A DNA stretch of 63,913 nt, filler included, from Octopus bimaculoides (Eukaryota), in the NCBI RefSeq assembly GCF_001194135.2. It is 9 parts of 8 records of this genome, joined end to end, with 100 filler letters (N's around TTAATTAATTAA, not from the genome) between each part and the next. Parts side by side here need not be neighbours in the genome. Positions count along the whole stretch, not along the records: positions 38,402 to 49,692 come from NC_068985.1; positions 49,793 to 53,562 come from NC_068984.1; 7 more parts are not named here. One strand, 5' to 3'. The number at the start of each line of letters is the position of its first letter. The stretch's first letter is position 1. Shown piece by piece: positions 40,865-51,630 of the stretch. The notes beneath the pieces were generated by a model. That model made no database searches, had not been told where the DNA came from, and worked only from the letters and a program-made list of their open reading frames with translations. The position numbers and the translations under genes were made by a program.

Positions 40865-42776
40865 CCTGTTCAAATTGTTCAACAATGGGCCTATTAATAC
40901 CAACCAATTCTGCCACTGTATTACTTACACCGCCATTAGCATTTAAAGTATCAACTAATTCAACAGGAGTTATAATATCTGAACCCATATTACAATGCAT
41001 ATACACATACCTCATAGCTGTAGCAAAATGAGCATCGATACTGCCTTTACCATCTTGTACACCAGTGTGTACAAAAGTACAAAGTTTAAGGTTGTATCCA
41101 TTTGCAATTTTATATAATGTAAAGAATAAGTTACCCTTCTTATAACATCTTGCGTTGTCAGATTGTGCATAAAGATTTCGAATGTATGGAAATTTTATCG
41201 ATGTTTGTCTACATACTGCATTAAAATAGGACATAACAGCCACATAGTCTTGCTTACTATCCCCGGTAGAAATGTGATCGAAGTAAGTGATACGATAATC
41301 CTTTACATTTTCAGTATTACGCCGTTCTTCTTCGGTGTATCTTGTATACATCATTGTTCCATGTCACCCTTTCTTACCGTAAAAATTTGTAGTTTTTTCC
41401 CTATGTAGCTTCGAATTTCATTTTGAAATCCATAACAACCATAGCATCTTCTAAACGTAAATTGAACATTATTTCATCAATCCTATTGCGTTGATTAAGT
41501 ACTCTCACACGATGACCAAATAAAACATATAATTTTTCCATAGCATCATTCAATAGAATTTCATGTTCTGGGCTCACATGCCGTCTAATGTATTGTATTC
41601 CATGTTCAGGGAAGTAACAAACGCCACATTGTTTCAGTTCCGCTCCAGAGATGGATAAAGAAAACTCTTTATCCGTGACATTACATGTAGAAATGTGTCC
41701 CTCATAGGTTGTCTTAATGTAAGCTTCTAAACCATTAACAATAGCATTCAAAGATTCTGATTCGGCACTGGTAGCAACAACAGTCTTCAAACGTGAAAAA
41801 TTATTATACATTAATACTCCAGACACATAAACGACCGCTTGTTTAATTGTCTGATCCTTGGTAGTTAACGTTTTGATTATCTTCCGGAATGATGAATAGC
41901 TTAATTGTTTATTTTGAAGCATGGTTTCTTTGTAATCACGTAGCATTATAGTTGTATTCTTTTTCCTAATCAGCTTGGGGAGATGTATTTCTTCGCCATT
42001 AATCGTAAATGTTTTGGTACCCCATGATATTCGGCATACATTAACATCCGACAAAACAAACTTCACTGCAGCTTCCATTTAATCACGATCGTATCGTATA
42101 ATTGATCTATTGGAAGAAGATGTAAGCTGCTTTCCACTTGCCATATGTTTAAACTTTCGTCTTAATGAAGCTACTGTCTTCATACCAATACCAAAACGAT
42201 CTTTCAAAACACTTGAAACTAAGGACACCGCTAATAGAGCTCTAACAGCACCAGGTTGTACAACATTTCTCGGCAATGCATCTCATACTTTAATGATATT
42301 TTCCTCTAATTTGCCTTCATCGACGACACCTTCTCCTTCGTTTTTAACAACCTCTTTCATAAGGCCTTCGGCATCGTACGGACTAATGATAGAGCATACT
42401 CATTTCATTGTGGTACTGGTTAGTTTCACTGCTTCGTCAAAGTCTTCCATTCGGGTTCTTTCACGTTTAGCTTTTCCCGGTAATGATGATAGTGATTTTA
42501 AACCAAATCATACAATGCCCCCACTGTTGAAACAATTCGTGATGGATCACTATCTTCTGGTTCAGAATCCTCTTGTTCCGTATACACACTACGTTTTCTT
42601 GTATTCGTATTTGTTTTACGTGTGCCCACACCTCCCATAAGTCGTATTCTCTTTGTGGCACGTGTATTTACATTTTCGTTGCGTTTATTATCTCCACGAC
42701 ATGTACATCTACATCTGTAACATCCTTCACAACTAATACATCTACCCTTTTTGCAAGTTCATGGTAATTCTGACAT
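40865..42776 (-). mobile_element. Decayed intronless DDD-type DNA transposase, Sola3-like, ~635 codons, 3'-truncated
   Basis: One colinear frame with a few stops and shifts joins ORFs 42079-42276, 41401-42078 and 40830-41354. N-terminal Cys cluster CKKGRCISCEGCYRCRCTC, ISWGTK, then MDFKMKFEA-REKTTNFYGKKG*HG (D at 41428-30), QSDNARCY (D at 41157-59) and QDGKGSIDAHFA (D at 41034-36). D2-D3 spacing is 40 residues. The Sola3 label comes from motif recall. Confidence 0.7.
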
Positions 42777-43965
42777 AACTGCCGAGTGGGTGAAGCAAAA
42801 GCAAAATCTGGACTACCTGTGTTTTTTTTTTATATATACTAATTTTAACCAATCAAATTGCCCCGTTTATTATTCAGTATGCAACAATTCAGTATTTTAA
42901 AGTTCTACAAAAAGTCAATACTCTGACCCGCNNNNNNNNNNNNNNNNNNNNNNNNNNNNNNNNNNNNNNNNNNNNNNNNNNNNNNNNNNNNNNNNNNNNN
43001 NNNNNNNNNNNNNNNNNNNNNNNNNNNNNNNNNNNNNNNNNNNNNNNNNNNNNNNNNNNNNNNNNNNNNNNNNNNNNNNNNNNNNNNNNNNNNNNNNNNN
43101 NNNNNNNNNNNNNNNNNNNNNNNNNNNNNNNNNNNNNNNNNNNNNNNNNNNNNNNNNNNNNNNNNNNNNNNNNNNNNNNNNNNNNNNNNNNNNNNNNNNN
43201 NNNNNNNNNNNNNNNNNNNNNNNNNNNNNNNNNNNNNNNNNNNNNNNNNNNNNNNNNNNNNNNNNNNNNNNNNNNNNNNNNNNNNNNNNNNNNNNNNNNN
43301 NNNNNNNNNNNNNNNNNNNNNNNNNNNNNNNNNNNNNNNNNNNNNNNNNNNNNNNNNNNNNNNNNNNNNNNNNNNNNNNNNNNNNNNNNNNNNNNNNNNN
43401 NNNNNNNNNNNNNNNNNNNNNNNNNNNNNNNNNNNNNNNNNNNNNNNNNNNNNNNNNNNNNNNNNNNNNNNNNNNNNNNNNNNNNNNNNNNNNNNNNTAC
43501 TATGTTTTTTTAAACTTCAGTTACAAATGTCTTCAAACGTCGACATTCAAACAGCTTTTCCATATTGAGACAAACGGACTCTGCACAATTGTATCCATCC
43601 GGGAACGCGTTTTCAATAATTGAAATTCACAATTCTAATCAGTGTACATGAACGTCCAACCTATGATTGATCTTGAACAGTTTCGATTAACATTCTTGTG
43701 TCTCCAATACAACAACCGCACTACCATATATTTTTCTTTTAAGGCGGGGTTATACCACAAATAAGGTTCCGTGACTACATGGGGCTATGAGTACACACGT
43801 GAAGTTAGTTTTACAATATCGACCCGCAAAATCCTTAGCATCGTATTGTTTTTGGGTTGTTCTTACTTTTTTTGTTTTTGGAATTTTTGTTTTTTTTTAT
43901 TTTCAGTTCATTTTATTATTCAAAATATACATAGGAAATATCCTTTAACCAAATCCACCACACTG

Positions 43966-43994
43966 CCCGAGTGAAACCGGGGAAAAACAGCTAG
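43966..43994 (+). mobile_element. Helitron 3' terminus
   Basis: GC hairpin CCCGAGTGAAACCGGG, 8-9 nt spacer, then CTAG|T. The 5' extent is unresolved (gap at 42932-43497). Confidence 0.6.
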
Positions 43995-44377
43995 TTATTT
44001 ATAGATCTAGATTAGCAGCAGTCAGTGCTATTATCACCAACTCAAAATCTAGGTTACTTGTGAGCCTGGTAATGGATGGTTTTGGAGTCTTGTTGTATGT
44101 AACTTTTGGTGAGCCATGGTGCAACCAACAACATAGTAAAAATCCCTGCCATTAATTTGGTGTGGATGGGTAATATCAAATAATTCAATCACAACATATA
44201 TTTAAATTAAACGTGAAAAAAATTGAAATATTATCATCACTTTCATGGAAAAATTGAAATATTATCTTTCAGTATTTTATAAGGTAACATCTTAAATTAT
44301 TAATTGACACATTAACTATCTTATAATAGTCATGCCTGGAAAAATTATGGATTACATGATAAAATGCGAGCATGAAA

Positions 44378-44838
44378 AGTAATATTCTTAAGATTATAAA
44401 CCTAGAAAAGTACAGGCAAGTTATTACATCTGTAAAAGTATAGGACAAGCTATTACTTCTAGTAAAGTAAAGAATAGAAACCTTTTACTTAAAATATTGC
44501 AGCTAAAATTAAAATCTGAATATTAAGAATTATTTTATTATAGTTTACAAATAACACTATACTTATTTAAGTAGAATTTGGCTAATTTACTACCTTAAAT
44601 ACAGGAAAAAGTGACTAATTAGACAGACTTACAAAATAGCTGAACAGTTTTGTACAATAAATTTAAAAGATGAGAACTGTTGTGATAAATTAGAAGAACT
44701 GGTATTCTCTGCTGCAATATTTTAAGTAAAAAGTTTCCTATTCTTTACTTTACTAGAAATAATAGCTTGTCCTATACTTTTCCGGGTGTAATAACTTGTC
44801 CTGTTCTCCTCCAGGTTTATAATCTTAAGAATATTACT
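44378..44838. mobile_element. Fold-back MITE with ~125-bp imperfect TIRs, ~215 bp upstream of the P450 ATG
   Basis: AGTAATATTCTTAAGATTATAAACCT...AAAAGTATAGGACAAGCTATT...TTTACTTAAAATATTGCAGC (44378-~44503) matches the reverse complement of ~44713-44838. No clear TSD. Confidence 0.8.
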
Positions 44839-45054
44839 GTTGAATGATTGTATTATTCCATGTAATATCTAAATGCGTATTTGTAACGTTCAAATTTTTT
44901 TTTTTACTTTTATATATGCAGCCTGCTTATTTTCATTCGCCGAGTGAATTAGATATTTATGTGACATACACATATATATATAATAAGTTTGTGACCTCAA
45001 TCATTGCAGTCGTGTCAGCTCATTATCTTACTTGTTAACGGAGACGCAGTTAAA

Positions 45055-45214
45055 ATGTTCGTTGCTGGTGTATTTCTATTGCTTATTGTTGCCTTGCTTT
45101 CGTTTCGTGTTCTACGAAATTATTCGAAATCACTGTCAGACTGCAAACACTTACCATGCATGAAGAGTTGGCATCTAATCGGCGATATACCGAAAATACA
45201 CGGAAATAATAAAG
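45055..45214 (+). CDS. CYP4V2: Cytochrome P450 (CYP4V-like), coding exon 1 of the downstream gene
   Basis: AAAATG start. MFVAGVFLLLIVALLSFRVLRNYSKSLSDCKHLPCMKSWHLIGDIPKIHGNNK: a signal-anchor helix, basic residues, then an LP..K.W.LIG hinge typical of microsomal P450s. Donor G|GTTAGT at 45215, phase 1. Confidence 0.8.
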
Positions 45215-46039
45215 GTTAGTGTCTCTTGTTATAACGTAACTTTTTGTTCTCATTCTGACGGATGGGTAGTGTTTATGTTGTTACTTAACTTAACTCAGCA
45301 CTGACTTGGACAATTCTATTTCAATATTATTCCCAAAATAGCCTTCCCAGCTTTTTGCACATACAAGGCTGCACTTTGAAATAAATTTTTTAAAAGATAG
45401 ATGTGATGTTAATCGAAATGTAACTGCTTATTTTTTGTCCTTCAAGTTTCCATTGACAGTTTCATTGATAGTTCTAGAAGTCAGTGACATATGATGATAA
45501 TTTACTGAAAGACATCAGTAAGAGTAATAAATTTTTAAAAATAATAATAAAACACTCCGTTCTCTAAAATACTAAAAACACCTAAATTTATAAACGAATG
45601 AATGTGAAGGTGATTCAGTTGTGATGGTTATTTAGCCTCCAGGTCATTCACATCTCAGTCCGCCTATGAACCATGGAGTTCCAGGAAACCTGGTAAGCAA
45701 TACAGCAAGTTTGTATTTGTAGCATCTGCTTTTCAATTGATTTATGTTAACACTTTCATTATTGTATTTCTGTTGAAACATATTTTTAATTAATTTCGAA
45801 AATTATGAAGTATTTACTGATATAACTTTGTCATTAGTTCGCTGATATTTAGAGAATAATTAACACCAAATCTCGATGGGAAGTTTCTACTTAAAACACT
45901 TTAAATCCTCGAGATTATATCGTAGAATCCTTTGCGGTTTCTGGCGGGTTGGTAACTTTGCAGTCACGTAAGAATCGCTGTGCCTAAGGAGAGGATTTGG
46001 TAAAGGGAAACTGAAAGAAGCCTGTTGCATATATATGAC

Positions 46040-46353
46040 ATTCTTTTCGGCCATGCTGGAGCACTGTCTTTTAGCCGGTCGGTCTCTTTTGCTGAACCGC
46101 TAATTTACGGGGACGTAAGCACACTAACATCGACTGCGATGGTGAGGACTGGGGTTTAAATACACACATACAGACACACACATATATATACACGACGTTC
46201 TTCTTTCAGTTTCCGTCTACCAAATCCACTCATAAGGGTTTGGTCGGCCCGAGCCTAAAGTAGAAGGCACTTGCCCAAGGTGCCTCACAGTGGGACTGAA
46301 CCTAGAACCATGTGGTTGGGAAGCAAGCTCCTTACCACACAGCTACGCCTGCA
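46040..46353 (-). mobile_element. SINE family B copy in P450 intron 1
   Basis: GGCCATGCTGGAGCAC...TTCAGTTTCCGTCTACCAAATCCACTC...CACTTGCCCAAGGTG...GAACCATGTGGTTGGGAAGCAAG. Confidence 0.85.
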
Positions 46354-47526
46354 CACACACACACACACGCACGCACGCACGCACGCACGCACACACACAT
46401 ATATATAAAAATAAGCAACACGGATTTCAAAGGTGATTGCAGTACGCACGTTTCATGCTACTTCAATTTATTTAAGTAATGCGAGCATTACCTTAAATGC
46501 AATATGAAGAGCAATCTTCAGCTGCACGAAAATGCAGAAAAATTACTGTAGAAAAGACATATTATAAATGTGGCAACATTTNNNNNNNNNNNNNNNNNNN
46601 NNNNNNNNNNNNNNNNNNNNNNNNNNNNNNNNNNNNNNNNNNNNNNNNNNNNNNNNNNNNNNNNNNNNNNNNNNNNNNNNNNNNNNNNNNNNNNNNNNNN
46701 NNNNNNNNNNNNNNNNNNNNNNNNNNNNNNNNNNNNNNNNNNNNNNNNNNNNNNNNNNNNNNNNNNNNNNNNNNNNNNNNNNNNNNNNNNNNNNNNNNNN
46801 NNNNNNNNNNNNNNNNNNNNNNNNNNNNNNNNNNNNNNNNNNNNNNNNNNNNNNNNNNNNNNNNNNNNNNNNNNNNNNNNNNNNNNNNNNNNNNNNNNNN
46901 NNNNNNNNNNNNNNNNNNNNNNNNNNNNNNNNNNNNNNNNNNNNNNNNNNNNNNNNNNNNNNNNNNNNNNNNNNNNNNNNNNNNNNNNNNNNNNNNNNNN
47001 NNNNNNNNNNNNNNNNNNNNNNNNNNNNNNNNNNNNNNNNNNNNNNNNNNNNNNNNNNNNNNNNNNNNNNNNNNNNNNNNNNNNNNNNNNNNNNNNNNNN
47101 NNNNNNNNNNNNNNNNNNNNNNNNNNNNNNNNNNNNNNNNNNNNNNNNNNNNNNNNNNNNNNNNNNNNNNNNNNNNNNNNNNNNNNNNNNNNNNNNNNNN
47201 NNNNNNNNNNNNNNNNNNNNNNNNNNNNNNNNNNNNNNNNNNNNNNNNNNNNNNNNNNNNNNNNNNNNNNNNNNNNNNNNNNNNNNNNNNNNNNNNNNNN
47301 NNNNNNNNNNNNNNNNNNNNNNNNNNNNNNNNNNNNNNNNNNNNNNNNNNNNNNNNNNNNNNNNNNNNNNNNNNNNNNNNNNNNNNNNNNNNNNNNNNNN
47401 NNNNNNNNNNNNNNNNNNNNNNNNNNNNNNNNNNNNNNNNNNNNNNNNNNNNNNNNNNNNNNNNNNNNNNNNNNNNNNNNNNNNNNNNNNNNNNNNNNNN
47501 NNNNNNNNNNNNNNNNNNNNNNNNNN

Positions 47527-47569
<43 letters not shown>

Positions 47570-47922
47570 TTTATATATATATATACATACATATATATAT
47601 ATATATATATATGTAATGTGTGTCAATGTTCATTCTCCCGACCGCTTGGCAACTGGTGTTGGTTTCTTTACATTTATGTAACTGTGTAACTTAATGGTTC
47701 GGCAAAAGAGACCAATAAAATAAGTACCAGACTTTAAAAAGAAATATGTACAGTGGTTAATTTAATGAAATAAAACCCTCCTAATTTGTGTCCCAGAATA
47801 GCCGTGTCCAATGATGGAGCAAGTAAAATATAAAAGATCTATAAAAATGTATCAAAATTGCAGTCATCAGCTTTAGTCTTTTTCTTGAGAAACGTTCCTC
47901 ACATTAATCAAATCTATTTCAG

Positions 47923-48035
47923 AGCGTTTTGAACAAATAATGAAAATCTTTGAAGAATTTCGAGAAAACGGCGTACTTTGTTTCTGGTTTGGTATCCGAC
48001 CTACTCTTTATGTTTTCAAAGATAAATATGTACAA
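47923..48035 (+). CDS. CYP4V2: Cytochrome P450 (CYP4V-like), coding exon 2
   Basis: Acceptor CTATTTCAG, donor GTAAGT, 113 nt, phase 1 to phase 0, in frame with exon 1. Translates ERFEQIMKIFEEFRENGVLCFWFGIRPTLYVFKDKYVQ (W.G..P motif). Confidence 0.88.
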
Positions 48036-48445
48036 GTAAGTGATCTAATAATTAATGCTGTTGTTACTGGAGTGAATTGAGATTTTATCTATACATGGCT
48101 GCACTGATTAGGCCCTTAATGATTTAGCATACAAAAAATTCTTGCTGCATCTGCAAAAACAACAATGACAATACATTTGGTTTGATGGAGGGATACTTTG
48201 TAGAGTTTTCTTTTTTATAAATAAGCCACTTTTAGCTGTATAAATTACTTCGATATATCTCTTGCTAATTAAGCGATAGTTAAGCCAATGAAGGAGGCTC
48301 TGCATTTGACTTGGGAAAAAAATAGCTGCTAAATCTTTCTGAAAGCACGCCCTACTGGCTTAAAGAAGTATACATCGGACAAAAAAGTCTCTGATATACA
48401 AGAGATATATGATCTCTTTGTTGTGTTAGAAATAAGAGAGGTGAA

Positions 48446-48660
48446 AGGCGACGAGCTGGCAGAAACGTTAACATGCCGGGCGAAATGCTTAGCGGCATTT
48501 CGTCTGTCTTTATGTTCTGAGTTCAAATTCCGTTGAGGTCAACTTTACCTTTCATCCTTTTGGGGTCGATAAATTAAGTACCTGTTGCGTACTGGGGTCT
48601 TTATAATCGACTGGCCCCTTCCCCCACCCAAATTTCGGGCCTTGTGCCTAGAGTAGAAAC
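48446..48660 (+). mobile_element. SINE family A copy in P450 intron 2
   Basis: Near-identical architecture to 19260-19469. Confidence 0.85.
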
Positions 48661-49506
48661 AAAATAAGAGAGCTGTAAATTCTTCAGGTGATGTGAACTG
48701 TGAAGGCAAAAGAAATTATGGTAAGATATTGCGGAAGAGAGAGGTAGTACCAATACAGTAGTTAGTTGCTGTAACAACCCTGTACGTTGAGGGTGACATT
48801 GAGGAACAGTAAGAAGATCTGGGATTCAACATGACCAAAGTACAAATGAGCATGGTTGAGATCCATTCTTGTACTTTGTTAATATAAGGGCAGGTGTTTC
48901 ATCATCAGTAAGTACATTTAACAGTCCCTGGTTATGTGAGGGCTGAGTACTGTGCAGTTTCTGGGGTTCTTATTTTTTAAAAAAAAAGCAATCAGAGATG
49001 GTGATGTAAAATTAAGAAATGGTTTTGGGGTCAGAAACGGACCAATACCATGTTTCTGCAAATTGAACTTCTTAATGTTAGTCATGGTTGCATTAAACTA
49101 TATCACTAAATTAAATAAGCTGATCTCGCTTATAATTATTCAGTATATTGCTTTTAAAATTATATTCTTGTTTCTCTGTTTATTAATTTATTTTACACTA
49201 ATCGCTTTTCATTCAGGATGTAATTGGCAACACAAAACACATAGAAAAAAGCTTTTTCTATAAATTTGCACACGCATGGTTAGGAAATGGTTTGCTGACT
49301 AGGTATGTATAAGGTAACATATTTCTTTTTATTCATGATGAGTTACAATGAGTAGTTTCAAAGAAATGCATTGATTTTTTAAATATAAAATAATACAAAC
49401 ATTGAGAATATATGCATATCTTTTTTGTGTAGTTTTTAAGCCCGTGTCTCCCTTGCTTGAGTAGCCCATCATCAAATGTGCTCTAATCATGATGATCCTG
49501 TCTCTT

Positions 49507-49546
<40 letters not shown>

Positions 49547-49792
49547 CAATTATGCGGGTAAACAAATTCGAATATATCAAATATATCAAATATATATCAA
49601 ATATATTAGGGAAATCTCTGGATCTTATCTGTTATCTTAATATATAAATCTGAAATTGTGTGTTTGTGTGAAGCCTTTTTGAATGTTTATAGNNNNNNNN
49701 NNNNNNNNNNNNNNNNNNNNNNNNNNNNNNNNNNNNTTAATTAATTAANNNNNNNNNNNNNNNNNNNNNNNNNNNNNNNNNNNNNNNNNNNN

Positions 49793-50120
49793 TCGAGCAG
49801 ACTACATCCCTGTTCATCGATTAGAGACCGAATGGTGGCTCTGTTACCGCGTTGCGCCTCCGCCACCCGGGCTTCTCGCGCAGCTTCGATCCCTTCGTTC
49901 CTTAAGGCACGCATTTTAGCTCTGACGACGCAACCTTCGTGTTTGGCGTTGAGGTGTTGGTCGAGGGCCATCCTAGCAGCCAAAACGTTGGTTGCGCTGC
50001 CAGTTGTAAGTGCCTCTTCTAGTTTCTTAACTAAGTCTCCCTCTACTCTATTTCGATCTATCGCTAGTTCTTTACTAAACCTAATAGATTCCGATTTGAT
50101 TGCCATTTTCAGGGCAAACT
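49793..50120 (-). mobile_element. L1/Tx1-clade LINE ORF2 fragment (endonuclease-RT linker)
   Basis: AIKSESIRFSKELAIDRNRVEGDLVKKLEEAL...HEGCVVRAKMRALRNEG...RATIRSLIDEQG resembles the G...R.R....E linker of L1/Tx1 ORF2. Confidence 0.65.
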
Positions 50121-50124
50121 ACTA

Positions 50125-51507
50125 ACTGCGTACCGAAGTAACCACCCCAAAGCAGATTCAGACAGAATATATATCTACCCCGCTCAGAAGGATGCCGTGG
50201 CCCTAGACACATAGAAAACTACTATAAAATAACAACAGTTGGACTAGGCAAAGTACTTAGAAACAAATAGGGGAAGACTACTACTGCATGTTGTAAAGCA
50301 ACACGAGGAAAAGAAAACGCTTCTCTCTATAGACAAGGAAATAGGAAACAGAAACAAACCACACTGATACATTGACCTTGGATGACAACAGAGCAGAAAT
50401 GGTGAGAGAGACAAAAGACAACATGGAAACAGAACTGCAAAACATACTGAAGAAGAAATGGAGAGAAGATTCGTGTCATGGCCAATACCCTACAAGGCTT
50501 GACAGAGAGGAAGTGAGCCTAAGTAAAAGCTAACAATGGTTCAAAAGCTCTGAACTAAAAACTGAAATGGAAGGACTGATTCTCGCTGCACAAGACCAAT
50601 GCCTGATCACAAACAACTATAAAGGCTAAATAATGAAAACAGGCCCCAACACCAAATGCAGAATGTGCAACCAGCACAATGAGGCAATTGACCATATCAT
50701 CGTGAGCTGCCCAGTCCTTGCCAAATCTGAATATATATACAGATACGACAAAATAATCAGTTATATCCACTGGACAATATGCCAACATTACAACATTAAA
50801 ACTGACAACAGGTGATATAAACGACTAAACCTCAATCATCTGGGATATACCGATTCAAACCGACAAAGAAATTAAAGCTTATCCCCAAACATAATCAAAG
50901 ATTGGGGGGGGGGGCACCTGCTTACTGATAGACATTACAGTGCCTTCTGATCAAAATATTGTCCAAAAAGAAGTGGAGAAATTGTCAAAGTACAAAGATC
51001 TCGAAATTGAAGTATTCAAGATGTGGAATATGAATATGAAAGCAATACCAATAATAGTTGGGGCATTAGGTATAATAAAAAACATATGAACAAAAACGTA
51101 GAAGCTATACCGGGATCCTCAATACTACACACTATCCAAAAAAATAGCCCTGCCAAGAACAGCCAACATCCTACGCAAGACACTATCAATTCAGTAATAC
51201 AACCTAAACTAAACAATCTACAAACACAAGGCAAACTATATACAGCAATTATCCAGTGAAATAAACGTCCACCAGCAATCTCAGTAACCAGCGCATTACA
51301 CACTCAACACACACTGCAAACAGTAATACAAGAAAAGACTGCTCTACACCTCAAGAAAAAGAGAGGAAAAAAAACTAACGCAATACAATAACGGGAAAAG
51401 TTTGCGCATTCCCAATAGCAGAAAAGAACACACAATGCTGCACACATCCCAGCAACACGGGGGTGATGCAGTAGAAATTTGCCTCAATCTGCCAAGTATT
51501 GAACAGT

Positions 51508-51555
<48 letters not shown>

Positions 51556-51557
51556 GT

Positions 51558-51627
<70 letters not shown>
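50125..51627 (+). mobile_element. 5'-truncated Dong/R4-like LINE: post-RT region, CCHC finger and REL endonuclease, followed by (TAA)n
   Basis: HPKADSDRIYLPRSEG.RG, LKTEMEGLILAAQDQCL, CRMCNQHNEAIDHIIVSCPVLAKSEY, LLIDITVPSDQNIVQKEVEKLSKYKDLEIEV..MW....IPIIVGALG. (AAT)n at 51509-51627. Confidence 0.9.

Positions 51628-51630
<3 letters not shown>

Noticed and set aside
46497-47689. Longest ORFs in the track (350-394 aa) and similar X-filled ORFs at 8926, 36630, 56188 and 62400
   Set aside because: Consist mostly of N gaps and dinucleotide repeats.
23390-50130. Dong-like and Tx1-like fragments joined at two sites (~23450 and ~50120), read as a chimeric element
   Set aside because: The junction geometry differs (tail-to-tail versus head-to-head) and different parts of each element are involved; independent nesting explains it.
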